A DNA stretch of 62,198 nt from Octopus sinensis (GCF_006345805.1 NW_021832233.1:1-62198), one strand, 5' to 3'; positions 1 to 13,450 are shown, counted from the first letter of the stretch. Notes: generated by a model not told the origin, from the letters alone. Program-made: numbers and translations.

Positions 1-740
1 GTTTCTATTCGAACTTCTCCCACAACACAGCCATCGGCAAATAAATATTTTAATAAGTTATTAATAATTTTGTCCGGGAATTCCTGCGTAATTTCATGAA
101 AGTCCAGCCTTTAATTGTCGATCTCATTTCTACTGACACTGACCTCACCCTAGTTTTATGTGTGTGTGTGTGTACGAATGTTTGTACGTGTGTATGTGTG
201 CACGTGTATGTATGTCTGTACCACTGTGTTGTGTGCTTAAGTGTGTGTTCGTTCTTCTGTTTGTTTGTTTGTTTTTTGCGTGTATATATGTCTGTTTGGT
301 TGAACTTGTTTCCGAACAGATATTTTTCAAACACAGCAACAGAAGACAAAGGAAAACATTCGCTAAATATAATTCGGTATTTACACTGATTTTTCCCCTC
401 TTTTTCCTTCCTTTATATCTCTCAATCTGCCCCCCCCCCCCAGCCGCCCAACCTTATGCTCTATTTCTCTCTCGTCCCCCCCTCTCACTCTCAATATCAT
501 TCATTAAATTACACTATATCGTCAAATAGTATTTCACCTTAATCTTCGCAATAATTTGAATGGCAGGCTTCTCGGGACTCCGAAAAATGTCTACCTTACG
601 GCTAAATTATTTGGTCGCTGATTCAGATAAGTCTCCACTCTTTCTCGACTGTGCCTCTTCCTACAAAATTTATTTGGTCGATGAGAGACGTTAGAAAAAC
701 ATCTTCATACAACAATATCGCCAAATAAACTAATTACACG

Positions 741-774
741 ATGAACTTCAGAGCAGAGACGGCAACATTACGCG
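741..774 (+). CDS. Possible first coding exon (MNFRAETATLR + 1 nt) of the candidate small gene
   Basis: ATG after an in-frame TAA; donor GCG|gtaaat in phase 1, which matches the phase-1 start of the 8374 exon. No signal peptide. Could be chance. Confidence 0.12.
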
Positions 775-2197
775 GTAAATCATAGTAAAACGTGATATAG
801 ATTTATCAATTTGTGGCTTAATGAGAGAGAAACGACAACACCTTTGACCCTTTTACTGGGTCTCTTCTTTAGATGCTATCTATAGTGTTCGGACTTGTAG
901 CAGGACCACTTTCAGTATATATGAGCAGTGTTCCGATATGGGTCTTTCCTGGTTATCTGTAATTAATCAGGACTCAACTATTTCTGGCACTATGTCAACC
1001 TTGGTGATATTTCAACTGAGAGTAATTTAGCGCCGTATTGTGCGCAGAACTGTCTTATGTACGTCGTTGAATGTCTTCTTCATAACCCAGTAACAATGTA
1101 AGCATAAATTAAAATAACTAAAATAAAGAAAAAGTACACAACAATAATATTAACAATAACTTATAACCTTGACACAAGGTCACAAATATGCAGAATAAGT
1201 CATTGGCGACCGTTAACAGAAAGAAAAAAAAAATATCCATCAAGTGCGAATGTGCATCTATCTTTCTAAGAATCCCCCGAGAATTTATGAAGAAATTTGC
1301 GACGTATGAGTTATGATTGCTAAATCTAACTCTTAGAGTAGAGAAAGAAGCTGACAACTGCAGCATAAAAGCTTTACCTTAACACCAACTACGAGAAGAA
1401 ATCAATATTGCCAACGTCAGGAAACTCTAAAAGCTATGTGAGAAGAGAATTTGATGAGATAATAGAAAATGTGCTTAGAGGATGCAATGTTATTAGCTCT
1501 CATTGAATGATTACACAGCAATGAGAAAACAGCTGAGCCCTGGCGCTAGTTAATATATTGAAATGCTATCAGATCTACAACTGAATTCTCTAAATGATAT
1601 AACAATACTCTAGAGTGCCTGAAAAAAATGATTGAGCATTGAGCCCTTGAGTTAGGTTTAAGATGTTACCGACTGGATGATAAATATACGCCAGCCATAT
1701 GTGGTTATCACAGAGAAAAAAAAAGAGGAGAAAAACAATTATATATCTATAGACTAATTGCCAGGTTATGTCCAAAAGACAAAAATGTTACCACTATGAA
1801 GACGGAAATGATTCTAAGAGAGGAAAAATATTATTGGTGATAGAAATCTTGAAATTCTGGTAAGGAATCTACGAATATTGCCTGCTAACCACTTTCTTTC
1901 TGATAAAAAATATCAATGAAACGAAAGACTTATCTAAAGAGAATTCCAGTCAGTTGTCCTTTTGGAATGGTCACAAGCACTGAAAATAATGCCCGCTCAC
2001 GTCCTATTAATTACTATGGATGGAAATACCACAAGGTATTTGATACTAGTTACTGGTGTCTACAAGCTGCAGTAATAATCGCTAAAATCCCCTTTATAAT
2101 AATAAAACTATCGTTCTATTTCAATTGAGTTGTCCAACATATACACATACACACAGGCACACACACTGATATACGCATATATGAGGTAATATATATA

Positions 2198-2752
2198 CAG
2201 GGTGGACCAAACTGATCTGACACATTTGGAGGCTTAATAAAAGCACAAAATAAGAAATAATGAAAAGAAAGATTTTATTTTCTGAATGTACATATAATGC
2301 CATTTTATTTGATTAAGTTTTAAAAATTAAATCAGCTAAATGCTTCCCATCATTGTCAACACATTGTTGGAGACGTTCATGAAAGTTATCGATAACTCTA
2401 TGGATCATTTCTTCTGGAATGGTTGCTATTTCTACACAAATTGCACGTTTTAATTCATCAATAGATTGAGGGCGATGACTGAATAATTTTGATTTTAAAT
2501 ATCCCCACAAGAAGAAATAACATTTCACCATTCCAGAAGAAATGATCCATAGAGTTATCGATAACTTTCATGAACGTCTCCAACAGTGTGTTGACAATGA
2601 TGGGAAGCATTTAGCTGATTTAAGTTTTAAAACTTAATGAAATAAAATGGCATTATATGTTCATTCAGAAAATAAAATTTTTCTTTTCATTATTTCTTAT
2701 TTTGTGCTTTTATTAAGCCTCCAAATGTGTCAGATCATTTTGGTGCACCCTG
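2198..2752. mobile_element. Non-autonomous Tc1/mariner-superfamily fold-back element made of two inverted 3' ends
   Basis: TA on both sides; termini CAGGGTG...CACCCTG; ~226-bp inverted arms (2198-2423, 2527-2752). Minus ORF 2313-2531 reads CYFFLWGYLKSKLF...SIDELKRAI...RLQQCVDNDGKHL, a typical Tc1-like transposase C-terminus. Confidence 0.9.
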
Positions 2753-3136
2753 TATAGATACTCAATATGTACACGTATATACGTATGTATATATATGTAA
2801 TTAGAAATACGCGTGCGTCTAGGAGTGTGTGCACGCGTACGCGGGGTGTGTATATGTGACTGTGCGTGTATGTGTTTTTCAATTTTATTGACACGAAAAA
2901 ATAAACAGTTATATCTACTGGACAATATGCTAACATTACAACATTAAAATTGACAATAGGTGGTATAAGCATGTGCCAAACAATGTTCAAGACAACGACC
3001 GAGCCACAATCATCTGAAATCTGCCGGTTTAAACCGACAAAGAAATTAAGCTAATCGCCCAAACAAACATATCAAGGATTGGGTGGGATGGAGGAAAACC
3101 CTGCTTAGTGACATGTATTACAGCCTCTTCTGATCA

Positions 3137-3260
3137 AAATATTGTCAAAAAAGGAAGTGGAGAAACTGTCATAGTACAAAGACCTTGAAATTGAAGTAGT
3201 CAAGATGTGGGGCATGAAGGTAAAAACAATATAAAATAATAATTGGAGCATTGAGCATGA
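3137..3260 (+). mobile_element. R4/Dong-like non-LTR retrotransposon fragment (RLE C-terminus)
   Basis: Degenerate translation KEVEKLS*YKDLEIEVVKMWGMKVKTI..IIGALS. Confidence 0.7.
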
Positions 3261-3331
3261 AAAGATAACATATGAACAAACCTGTAGAAGCTATAACTGT
3301 AGCTTCTACAGTTATAAATGTAGAAGCTGGG

Positions 3332-3400
<69 letters not shown>

Positions 3401-3430
3401 TCAATAACATCAACAATAATAATAATAATG
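3332..3430. repeat. (TAA)n microsatellite
   Basis: Seen directly. Confidence 0.95.
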
Positions 3431-3455
3431 ACATATTACCAGCCAATATACGCGA

Positions 3456-4045
3456 CTAGTCCAGAAGAAATATAGGAGATGCCATGACAATATAGCCAGA
3501 CTTCACCATTGGACACTTTGCAACAAGTATGGACTTGACAGAGCAAAGACCTGGTACGACCACAAACCTCAAGGCATCGTCGAAAATAGAAATGCAAAGA
3601 TCCTATGGGATTTTATGATTCAGTGAGACCATGAGATAGAGAATGGGAAACCGGACATAGTCTTAATTGAGAAAGAAAACAAACTATGCTGGATCATAGA
3701 TATAAGTATGCCCAACTGACAACAATGTATGCGATAAGGAAGAAATTAATGTCGAGAGATATGACAGGTTATCTTGGGAAGTTAAGCAGTTGTGGTCGAT
3801 AAAAAAGGTAGCAGTAGTACCAATAATTGTCGGAGCCCTTGGAACAGTAAGCAAAGATCTCGTGAAGTACGAGGAACAAATGGGGGCTGCAATAAGTGTA
3901 GAGCACTTGCAGAAAACTGCACTGCTTGGAACCGCCGCTCGGATATTCCGAAAAGTGCTTGAAAAATAAGAGGTGTTACCTTAGTTCACTGGTAATGAAC
4001 AGCCGACACCGCAGTACATTTCCAGTGCTAGAAGCTGTGCAAAAA
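3456..4045 (+). mobile_element. 5'-truncated R4/Dong-like non-LTR retrotransposon (RLE domain, stop codon, 3' UTR)
   Basis: LVQKKYRRCHDNIARLHHWTLCNKYG..KILWDFMIQ*DHEIENGKPDIVLIEK..IIDISMP..VVPIIVGALG..LQKTALLGT..RIFRKVLEK*, stop at 3967-3969; followed by a (CAA)n(TAA)n tail. Confidence 0.88.
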
Positions 4046-4064
4046 CAACAACAACAACAACAAC

Positions 4065-4144
<80 letters not shown>

Positions 4145-4152
4145 CAACAACA
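4046..4152. repeat. (CAA)n(TAA)n compound microsatellite / LINE tail
   Basis: Seen directly. Confidence 0.95.
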
Positions 4153-4530
4153 GTGATCAATAAAATGCATGATAGTGCAAAAAAAGAATATAAAATGTAC
4201 GGAAATAAAAAATAAAAACCTTTTTCTTCTTTCCAAAATAATTTATTTTCAGGGATGAATTCCAACATCTTCAAATGAAATGGTAAAGAAAGAATGGAAC
4301 TAAAAGATAAAAGCACGCCAAGAGAGACGTCATGTTTTTATCTTGGAAATCTTCACTCATTTCGAATCTATTTATTTCATTTACACACACACACACACGG
4401 CGCGTGTGCACAGTTACACTCAACACATACACGTGTACGCTTCACTCACGCACGCACACAAACATCATGCACACCCACATGCACACACACACACAGACAT
4501 TCACTCACGAACACAAACGTACACAAACAA

Positions 4531-4564
<34 letters not shown>

Positions 4565-4683
4565 ACACACATTGTTCTGTGTATTTAATTTTCAGTCGTT
4601 GTAATGGGGAAGTCGACAGCTATTAATTTTCCTTCGACTAATTAAAACAGGTGAAAGAAATAACACTAAGAAGAATTATTATC

Positions 4684-4687
<4 letters not shown>

Positions 4688-4759
<72 letters not shown>

Positions 4760-4883
4760 CATTATTATTACTGTGTGAGAGAGCAGTGCATGCCATCAAA
4801 GTGACTATTATTATCATTATTATTGCTCCTCTTCTTCTTCTTCTTGTTCTTGCTGTTTTTTTGCTTTTATCATTATTGTTATC

Positions 4884-4918
<35 letters not shown>

Positions 4919-5085
4919 AAGAAGAAGAAGACGAAGAAGAAGAAATTGAAGAAGAAGAAAATGAAGAAGAAGAAGAAGAAAAAGAGGAAAATGAAGAAAG
5001 AAGAGAAGAAGAAGAAGAAGAAGAAGAAGAAGAAGAAGAAGAAGAAGAAGAAGAAGAAGAAGAAGAAGAAGAAGAAGAAGAAGAA
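4688..5085. repeat. Compound microsatellite block (ATT)n ... (TAG)n (GAA)n
   Basis: Seen directly; explains the overlapping poly-L/S/E/F ORFs. Confidence 0.95.
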
Positions 5086-5821
5086 ATAGGAGTGATGATC
5101 TTTGTAAGCATGCACTTCGCAAAGCTACATGGAGAGGACTTTCTTTTATCATCATCTCATGAATGGAGTGTCTTGTATTCTTTCTTTGTGCCAAACAGAA
5201 TGTATCGGATTAATTCTTGAATGCTCACCACAAAATTCATCGTGGGTGGGGAGAAATTGAAGAGTTATCTTTAGATATTTGTTTTGTGGAACATTTGTTT
5301 GCAATTATCCATCTTGTTTCGTTTATGAATTTCTTCGGTGTACATGGCCGAATTTGAAGAAGCGGGAAGAGGATCTATTATTCACTGTGGCCACAAAGAA
5401 TACAATAGCAAATTAACTGAATACAGAAAAAGAGTTTTAGAAGAAAATGAAACACTACAAATGTTAATTTAACACAGATATAACCAAAGATATCTAATTT
5501 TAGAATGCATAAAAGAAAAATATTTGAAGAAACGCCAACCAACAAGAGAATAACAATTACACGAACGAAGCAAGCAGCGAAACTCGCTTTGTTATAATTG
5601 CTAACCAAAACTAAACAAAACTTCTGTACATTGGTCAAATGTAAATAAGGGAAAATGTGTGGATACGCCAGTTACAAAAGCAAGTGCCTCCTTGCCCGAA
5701 AATTTTATCGATGAAAGTAAAGTGTTATACCTCAGTTTCTTTTATTCTAAACTAGAATTACAAATGTTTTCATTTAGTTTAAAAGCAATAAGTAGTAAAA
5801 ATTATAATCGTTGTACGTGAG

Positions 5822-5957
5822 ATGAAGAAGAAGAAGAAGAAGAAGAAGAAGAAGAAGAAAAAGAAGAAGAAAAAGAAGAAAAGAAGAAGAAGAAGAAGAA
5901 GAAAAGAAGAAGAAGAAGAAGAAGAAGAAGAAGAAGAAGAAGAAGAAGAAGAAGAAG
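5822..5957. repeat. (GAA)n polypurine tract
   Basis: Seen directly. Confidence 0.95.
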
Positions 5958-7534
5958 CAAGTTTGTATCAAGTTAGTAAAGGTATCATACCCACAGGCAA
6001 TCTTCAGGACGAGGCAGTAGTTAGAGAGTAGTCGAATGCAGTCTACCGATACAGCACTAATAGGAATTTGTGTATCATTCTCCCGGTTGTCTACGTCCTT
6101 GATGACACGTCGATAGATTCCGATGCAGTCACAGGCTACATCCGGCATCTCAATCAGGTGTGAAAATTCAATTGTAATTGGCTACGTAAACATTATTTTC
6201 ATGGCGACGGCACTTAACTAATTATTTCGTTTGTAATTTCTTTTGAAAGATATTCGTTTTTGCTTTAGCTAGAATTCGAAACTGCTTCTCATTTCAGATT
6301 TTTATTGCAGCCAATATGTGCAGAAGCGAAAGCCAGCCATGGAATTTTAAATTTAGGACGCTCATTTTTTGGAGTTGTAATTATCTTGCAAGCGTCTTAA
6401 TCTAAGACTGTGTTGCCACAGAAGGAACTACAGCATGGAGGGGCCATTTAATGACTCATAAGTTTGTTAAATTCACTTTCAATTGAAATATATTTCATGA
6501 AGTGCCAAAATCGTCGTCACACATTTGTAACCTGACAACTGACAAAGTGGATTTCAGTGCTTCGTTTGTTATTACCTGATTCTTTTATGATGTAGCTGCC
6601 ACACTTTTTCATATTGGCCATATATAGCCTGCTAATGCTGTGTCATTCCTTTTAGTAAAAATAATGGGCAATTAAAGAAAACTGATCATAGACTCTTAAA
6701 AATAATTTACCATTGACACACAGAGAAAAAAAAAAATTTTGAATCTGATACAAAACAATATTTAAAACATAGAAGCGACAAGGACTGGCTGAAATTCGTA
6801 AAATTATTTGATAATAATATATTTGATTCTTAGAAAAGAAAAATTCCTTCCCAAGTCAGTGTTTTCATTTCGACAACGACAATAAACTTTGTAAATGTAA
6901 TATTCTTGTATCGATTAGATTGATTTTACTTTTCCCCAACACAAAACATTGACATTCTGTATTTTTCTGACTAAACCATTCTAAATCTGTGTATTGACAC
7001 GACAGTTGCCAATGTCGAGACTGTGCCAAAGGATCTAAGATAATTAAGCCGTATTGATCATGTCAAAAGAAAATATAAAATTATTTCAGAAATTGGCACA
7101 TGGTCACACAATTATAGAAAATAGGTTCTACTTGATACAATAATCCACCCTCGTGGTTGCCTTGTATTCATAATATAACACTAATTCACTTATTAGATGT
7201 TATACCAATTTGACTTGTATTGGCAACACGGATAGAATACTACGTGCAAAATACTGCGAGTGTTTGCAACAACAGTCTCCAGATTCTATTACAGAATGAC
7301 GTCACCAGAAATATTATATATTTATTATTTTATGCTGACGTACGTTCCATTTGATATATTCATTCATTGAGATTCTGATAGTGACATAATGGTAGGGTTG
7401 TGAAAACTTCAGAGAGCAATGGATATGGGGGCAGTAGGGGATATGGTTCTATTATATTCAATTGAGTAAAGTAACACTAGGAAATACAAGACAAATTTTC
7501 CAGTAAGGAAGAAACTACAATATCGATTTCAAAT

Positions 7535-7740
7535 ATTAGCACAAGGCCAGCAGTTTGGGGTATGGGGGGGGGTAAGTCAATTACGTCGACCCCAGTGACG
7601 AACTGGTACTTATTTTATCGACTCCGAAAGGTCGAAGGGCAAAGTCGACTCCGGCGGTATTTGAACTGAGAAAGTAAAGTCGAAAGAAATGCCCCTGAGT
7701 ATTTTCCGGCGCGTTAACGTTTCTGCCAGTTCCCCACCTT
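7535..7740 (-). mobile_element. tRNA-derived SINE, family 1
   Basis: Reverse complement has head aaggtgggga.ctggcagaaacgttaac, B-box-like gttcaaatac and core gtcgactttgccctt..ggagtcgataaaataagtaccag. Confidence 0.85.
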
Positions 7741-8373
7741 CTATGAGAAAATATGATATCAACGAGAGATCTTGCCTAAGAAATCATTCAAAAACAAAAC
7801 AAGCACCAAACAACAAGAAAAAAATTTAAAAAATAAACAAGGAGGTAATACACTGCTATATAATTACATAATGTTTTTGCTACTGTTGCTGCCGGCAATT
7901 TGTAGTTTCCTATTGAGAAGAAATATCGTGAACAGCATCTTAACAGCCTCTCTAAGCATTCAGACATAGAGTTTTGATAAACATATATTTTTTACTGCAA
8001 TCTTACTTTTGTAAAACAACATGGTGCTATTTTCAAGAAAATATAATTCCTATTTTCTTGTAATTCCTATTTCATTCGATAGTTTTTATAATTATTTTTA
8101 AGCAGTATTTTATAAGGGATTTATAAAATTTGAGCTAGTTATCAATTTAGATTTCCTTCAATCTACTATTACCTTATTTAGTGATTAGTGGACATTCTAT
8201 GGTACCATCTTAAGGAACATTCGTCAATCATATCAGTCTCAGAACAGGCCAAAGCGTGGTTCTGGTTGGCCATCCTGATAAAACTTATCGTCGAAGGCAT
8301 TCCAGCCATAATTTATTTCAAGCAGAAAGTATTATGAACTACGTTAATATTTTTTTTTTCTTTTCATTTTCAG

Positions 8374-8540
8374 ATAAATCCTATGGTTATAAAGAAGTTT
8401 CTAGCAAGTCAAGCGATCACATGAAAAACTTAATGAGACACATTTTACGTCCAAAGAAACTTCAGGAAATCCTTGCAACAGAAAGCCGGATGTGGACAGC
8501 CAGATGTGTGTGCGTCCACAGGACAGCTTGGTGTGTGCAG
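8374..8540 (+). CDS. Candidate internal exon A (DKSYGYKEV...MWTARCVCVHRTAWCVQ)
   Basis: Very strong acceptor ttttttttcttttcattttcag|AT; 167 nt, open in phase 1; donor CAG|gtgaac is only moderate. Confidence 0.35.
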
Positions 8541-8924
8541 GTGAACGAGACAACCTGTTTTTGTGAAGGAGTATTGGATTTAATGAAGTGAAACTCTGGA
8601 GATGCTACTTTTATTTTGTTGTCTCACACGTAGTTGAAGATTTGTGCCCATGTTTCCCTGCGTCGCAGTGGTATTTTATTAATCTCGTGAATGCCGAGAG
8701 AATGGGAACAGAATATGCTCCTCTTTTTGGAGTGAAATTTCCAAAGCCCGAAAGTGTTAGGCGGCCTAAACATTCTCTAGCATTTATGATACGTAGAAAT
8801 GACTATAGGAATGGAGTCGGAGTTTGAAAGTCACAAGGAGGGGTGTGAGAACTGGAAATTGACAAAACCGAAAAAAAAAGAAAAAAAAAGAAGAAATAGA
8901 CAGCTTCCAGTTCACATGATTATT

Positions 8925-9208
8925 CATTGTAAGCCTAGTACTTATTCTATTGGTCTCTTTTGCCGAACCGCTAGCTTACGGTTGTCAAGCAATGGTGGGG
9001 AACAAAGACAGACACCCAAACACACACACGCACACACACGCACACACACATATATACGTATATCTACAACGAGCTTCTTTCAGTTTCCGTCTAGCAAATC
9101 AACTCACAAGGTTATGGTCGGTCCTTGGCTATAGTAGAAAACACTTACCCAAGATGCCACGTAGTGGGACTGAACCCGGAATTATGTGGTTGGGAAGCAA
9201 GCTTCTTA
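8925..9208 (-). mobile_element. tRNA-derived SINE, family 2 (internal TA/TG microsatellite)
   Basis: Minus strand: aagaagcttgcttcccaaccac..gggttcagtcccact..cttgggtaagtg..gacggaaactgaaagaagc..(TG)n..cttgacaaccg. Confidence 0.85.
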
Positions 9209-9438
9209 TTTCTTTATTGCCCACAAGGGGCTAAATATGGAGGGGACAAACAAGGAAAGACAAAGGGATTAAGTCGATTACATCGACCCCAGTGCGTAAC
9301 TGGTACTTAATTTATCAACCCCGAAAGGATGAAAGGCAAAGTCGACCTCGGCGGAATTTGAACTCGGAACGTAACGGCAGATGAAATGCGTCTATGCATT
9401 TCGCCCGGCGTGCTAACCATTCTGCCAGCTCACCGCCT
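9209..9438 (-). mobile_element. tRNA-derived SINE, family 1 (long-tail subtype ending agccccttgtggg)
   Basis: Full head, B box, core and tail. Confidence 0.9.
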
Positions 9439-10138
9439 AATTTGAAAATATCGGATATATAACCAGATAACAAGGTGTATAGAATTAATGTAGAACTCAA
9501 ATTTCTTCTAATCATAAGCACTGCATGACTCGCATTCGCACAACAAAACATCAGAAGCTGGTATATCAGGAATCAATATATCGATTAAGTTGTTGTTATT
9601 TCGTAGTGTCCTTATTTACCCCTCTGCTGTCTGTGAAGTTGTTAAAGATGGACATCAGAGGAGATTGCAGTGTCTGAGCAAGCGTTTAAGACAAAAACAA
9701 ACACAGAGCATGAAAAATGATGTGGTTATGAGAAAATATGTGTGAGGTGTGAGAGATTTGCGTGAAAAATTCCAAACGTTTTTTTAGTGCATTACCGTTG
9801 TGTTTTTCTTAATGCTTTCTGTGTCTCTCACTTTCAATGTTTCTGTCTATACTATATGCACAATCACACACACACACACACATACACACACATAAACACA
9901 CCTACACAAATACACACACATACACAGACATCCACACACGCAAACACGCCCGCATATACTCACACGCATATTTATATATACGTGCATATATGTTAACATA
10001 GATACATACATACATTCATACACACATATATACATACACATACATATATAATAGCTACGGCAGTATATATTCTAAAATAACGATACAGAAAAGATTCGCA
10101 TTGCCCCAAAGCAAGAATGACCCGCAAATTATATATAT

Positions 10139-10191
<53 letters not shown>

Positions 10192-10519
10192 GTATGTATG
10201 TATATATATATGTATGTATATATATATGTATATATATATACTTCGGTGTATGTGCATATAGACATATATATAGAGAGAGATGCATACAGTCAAGTGTGCA
10301 TGAGAGAAAGAGAGAGGGAGAGAGAGAGGGAGAAAGGGAGAGACAAAGAGAGGGGCAGATAGATAAATAGACAGATAGACAGGCAGACGAATAGATAAAA
10401 ATTGATGTACAAAATAATGTTTCAGAAATTTGAAAATTCACAAATCGCTAATCCGATCTTCATTTCGATGCCAGTTTTCGGGCGATTATGTTAAGGTGTA
10501 ACAAAAAATATATATATAT

Positions 10520-10749
10520 TCGTTATTACTCACAGGGGGCTAAACACAGAGGGGACAAACATGGACAGACAATGGGATTAAGTTAATTACATCGATCCCA
10601 ATGCGTAACTGTTTCTTATTTTATCCACCCCGAAAGGATAAAAAGCAAAGTCAACTTCGGCGGAATTTGAATTGAGAACGTAACGGCAGACGAAATACCG
10701 CCATGCGATTCGCCTAGCATGCTTAGGTTTCTGCCAACTCGCCGCCCTT
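10520..10749 (-). mobile_element. tRNA-derived SINE, family 1 long-tail subtype
   Basis: Aligns by eye to 9209-9438. Confidence 0.9.
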
Positions 10750-10916
10750 CAAATAAAATATTGTTAGAGAACTGCAGCAATAGATATCAGATCTACAAAA
10801 TGAAGTTTCTTTTTACATAGAAATGCGCATTCACACAGAAACAAGAATATATGTACATGCATGTATGCGATTCTATATAACACACATATATACACATATC
10901 TAGACAATGTACATAT

Positions 10917-11270
10917 AGGCGCAGGCGTGTCTGTATGGAAAGATGTCTGCTTTCCAATCACATGGTTCCAGGTTCAGCCTCATTGCGTGGCGCCTTGTGT
11001 AATTGTCGTCTAATGCAGCTTCAGGCTGAACAAACCTTCCGAGTGATTTTTGTAGACCCGGAAACTGATAGAAGCCTGCCGCATATGTATATATGTGTGT
11101 GTGTGTCTTTGTGTCTGTGTTTTCCTCCTGCCCTCAGCTTGACAAATGGTGTTGGTGCGTTCACTTCCCCGTGAATTAACAGTTCGGTAGAAGAGACCTA
11201 TTCTATAAATACCGGGCTTAAAACAATGCAGTGGGATCGATTCAGCATGACTGTTGTCTAATGTCTGAAA
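10917..11270 (+). mobile_element. tRNA-derived SINE, family 2
   Basis: Head ggcgcaggcgtg..ggttccaggttcagcc, ggaaactgatagaagcc, internal (TG)n, ttgacaaatggtgttggtg. Confidence 0.8.
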
Positions 11271-11277
11271 CAAGTCT

Positions 11278-11660
11278 TTGTACTCCGTCGGTTACGACGA
11301 TGAGGGTTCCAGGTGAACTGATCAACGGAACAGACTACTCGTGAAATTAACGTACAAGTGGCTGAGCACTCTGCAGACATGTGTACCCTTAATGTAACTC
11401 TCAGGGAGATTCAGCGTGACACAGTGTGTGACAAGGCTGGCCCTTTGAAATACAAGTACAACAGAAACAGAAAGAAAGTGTGAGAGAAAGTTGTGGTGAA
11501 AGAGTACAGCAGCATTTGTCACCACCTCCTGCTGGAGTCTTGTGGAGCTTTTAGGTGTTCTCGCTAAATAAACACTCACAACGCCCTGCCTAGGAATCGA
11601 AACTGCGGTCCTACGACCGCGAGTCCGCTGCCCTAACCACTGGGCCATTGTGCCTCCACT
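11278..11660 (-). mobile_element. tRNA(Arg-like)-derived SINE, family 3
   Basis: Minus strand ggaggcacaatggcccagtggttagggcagcggactcgcggtcg..gtttcgattcc; further copies at 57885 and 59746. Confidence 0.88.
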
Positions 11661-13339
11661 CTAAAACAATTAGAAAGTAAAAGAAAAGAGAAATATATAT
11701 CTTAGAAACGATTTAAATTTGATATTCCCGTCCGTGTGTAAATTCCAGATTGGAAGAGAAATAATTTGAGAGCTTTTAGTTACCTTTATAATATTGCTGT
11801 TCCAGGCTATTCCCACTTTTCTTATGTTTTGAATTATATAACGAACATGTTGCTGCTTGAATAAACTACTTGAAGACAGAAAATTTACAAGTAATTTCTT
11901 CGTTGTTTGTCTATATTTGTTCATCTCTGATAGTGTTTGGTGTCTAGAAATTCATATAATTTCTCACTTAAGCAAAAATTACGACGTAAACTTTAACGAA
12001 AATTACTATGGAGATAATGCGTCGCCTGACATTGTCAATTGCGTGTTAAATGTGGTCGGCCTTGATTCTTTTAAGAACAATATGTACGAGGAAAAGATTA
12101 TGGAAAATAATTTCCCGGTTTCTTTCGTGTACGAATATATTTACAAAAGTTAATTCATAGCTAGCTTTGGCCTAAACAGTATAATTTCCCGGGATGCTGT
12201 CGTTTTCTATTTGGGTCGCAGGATAAAATAGTCAAGATTTAGAGAGTAAATTTCCGTTAACAGAGCAGCTGATTGGATAATACAACTAAAGTAGATGACG
12301 GAGTTCTATGATTATTATTGGAAAAGGTTCTGGATTTGAAAGGCGTATGGAGCCATCAATGTATTTGTAATACCACTAGCCTTAACTAATTGAAGTGATT
12401 TCCAAAGTGTTTTTATCAGTGATTCATGGGAAACGAAGACAAAATTTAAAATCTCTTGGAAATGTATCTAAATGCTTAAAATAGAAGTTTTCTTATACTT
12501 TAAATATGTTTCTTGGTCGAATTTTTCTCTTGGAGACAATATAATGGGTTGAGCAATGCATCTTAACAGTAAAGTCAGTCACGACTAGAACGAAGCTTAT
12601 AATAACGTGAGTTCCGCTGAAAATAAGGGAGGATATAAGTTTACTAATATTAGGAAATAAATGTTATAAAATGATGGTCATATGGATGTGTGGAATAACT
12701 ATGTATATAAAATAATCGTAAATAAGATTCTGTACATGAGTAAAATTATTTGTTTGGATATCCAGAAAAATAAATGTACTGAGATTATAATCCTTAAACC
12801 TATTTTACAAGATAATTCTATGATAGCGTCTGTAATGATATCCAGCTTAGAATAGTGAGTTTGACAAGAGAGACATTATCTCTGTATAAACCTCCGCACA
12901 ATGTTAGAAATAATTTATGGAAGCGTTCAACATAGAGATTCCATCGTATGGTTACAAGGAAACGGCAAGCAGTTCGTTACGCTTGTAAATAATTTTATTC
13001 CAGAATGAGTTTTCTAAATAGAAAATAAATTTCTTTGCGTGCAGAATAATTTTAATGTTACAAGATGGTTGCAATGCGACTGACAAATTAGGAAGTTTTG
13101 AGAGAATTTTGTGAGAAATTGCGTGAATTTACAAGATCTTGCCGCTGATACTGTTACCTCATTCCAATAAGTTGGTAATATTGATTAAGAAAGAAAGAGA
13201 AATTCTATTCCAAGATTGTCGAACCTATGAGCTAATCCCAGCTGGTAATGATATTAGGCGATCAACGTCCTTCCTGTTTCTCAAGTATATATCCATAAAG
13301 CGTCGTAGTTGCACCTTACCAGTGAATAATAGTCTGTGG

Positions 13340-13450
13340 AGTCACGTGGTCTAGGGTTTATTGTGTGGAAGTCACGATCTCTATAACATGGTTCGATTGT
13401 CAGGCCGACCGGTGCGTTGTATTCTTGAGCAAAGCATTTCTTTGCAGATT
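13340..13450 (+). mobile_element. Degraded SINE family 4 head
   Basis: gtggtctagggt..ggttcgattg..gcgttgtattcttgagcaaagca resembles the 56312 copy. Confidence 0.5.

Noticed and set aside
860-1900. Faint R4-like motifs (GTAHI-like, IGALS-like)
   Set aside because: Too degraded to call.
5774-6148. Minus ORF MPDVACDCIGIY... and the 42-aa plus ORF at 5344
   Set aside because: The first runs into the GAA tract; both are short and motif-less.
7297-7304. Perfect CRE site TGACGTCA (again at 18597-18604)
   Set aside because: Two 8-mers in 62 kb is near chance, with no promoter context.
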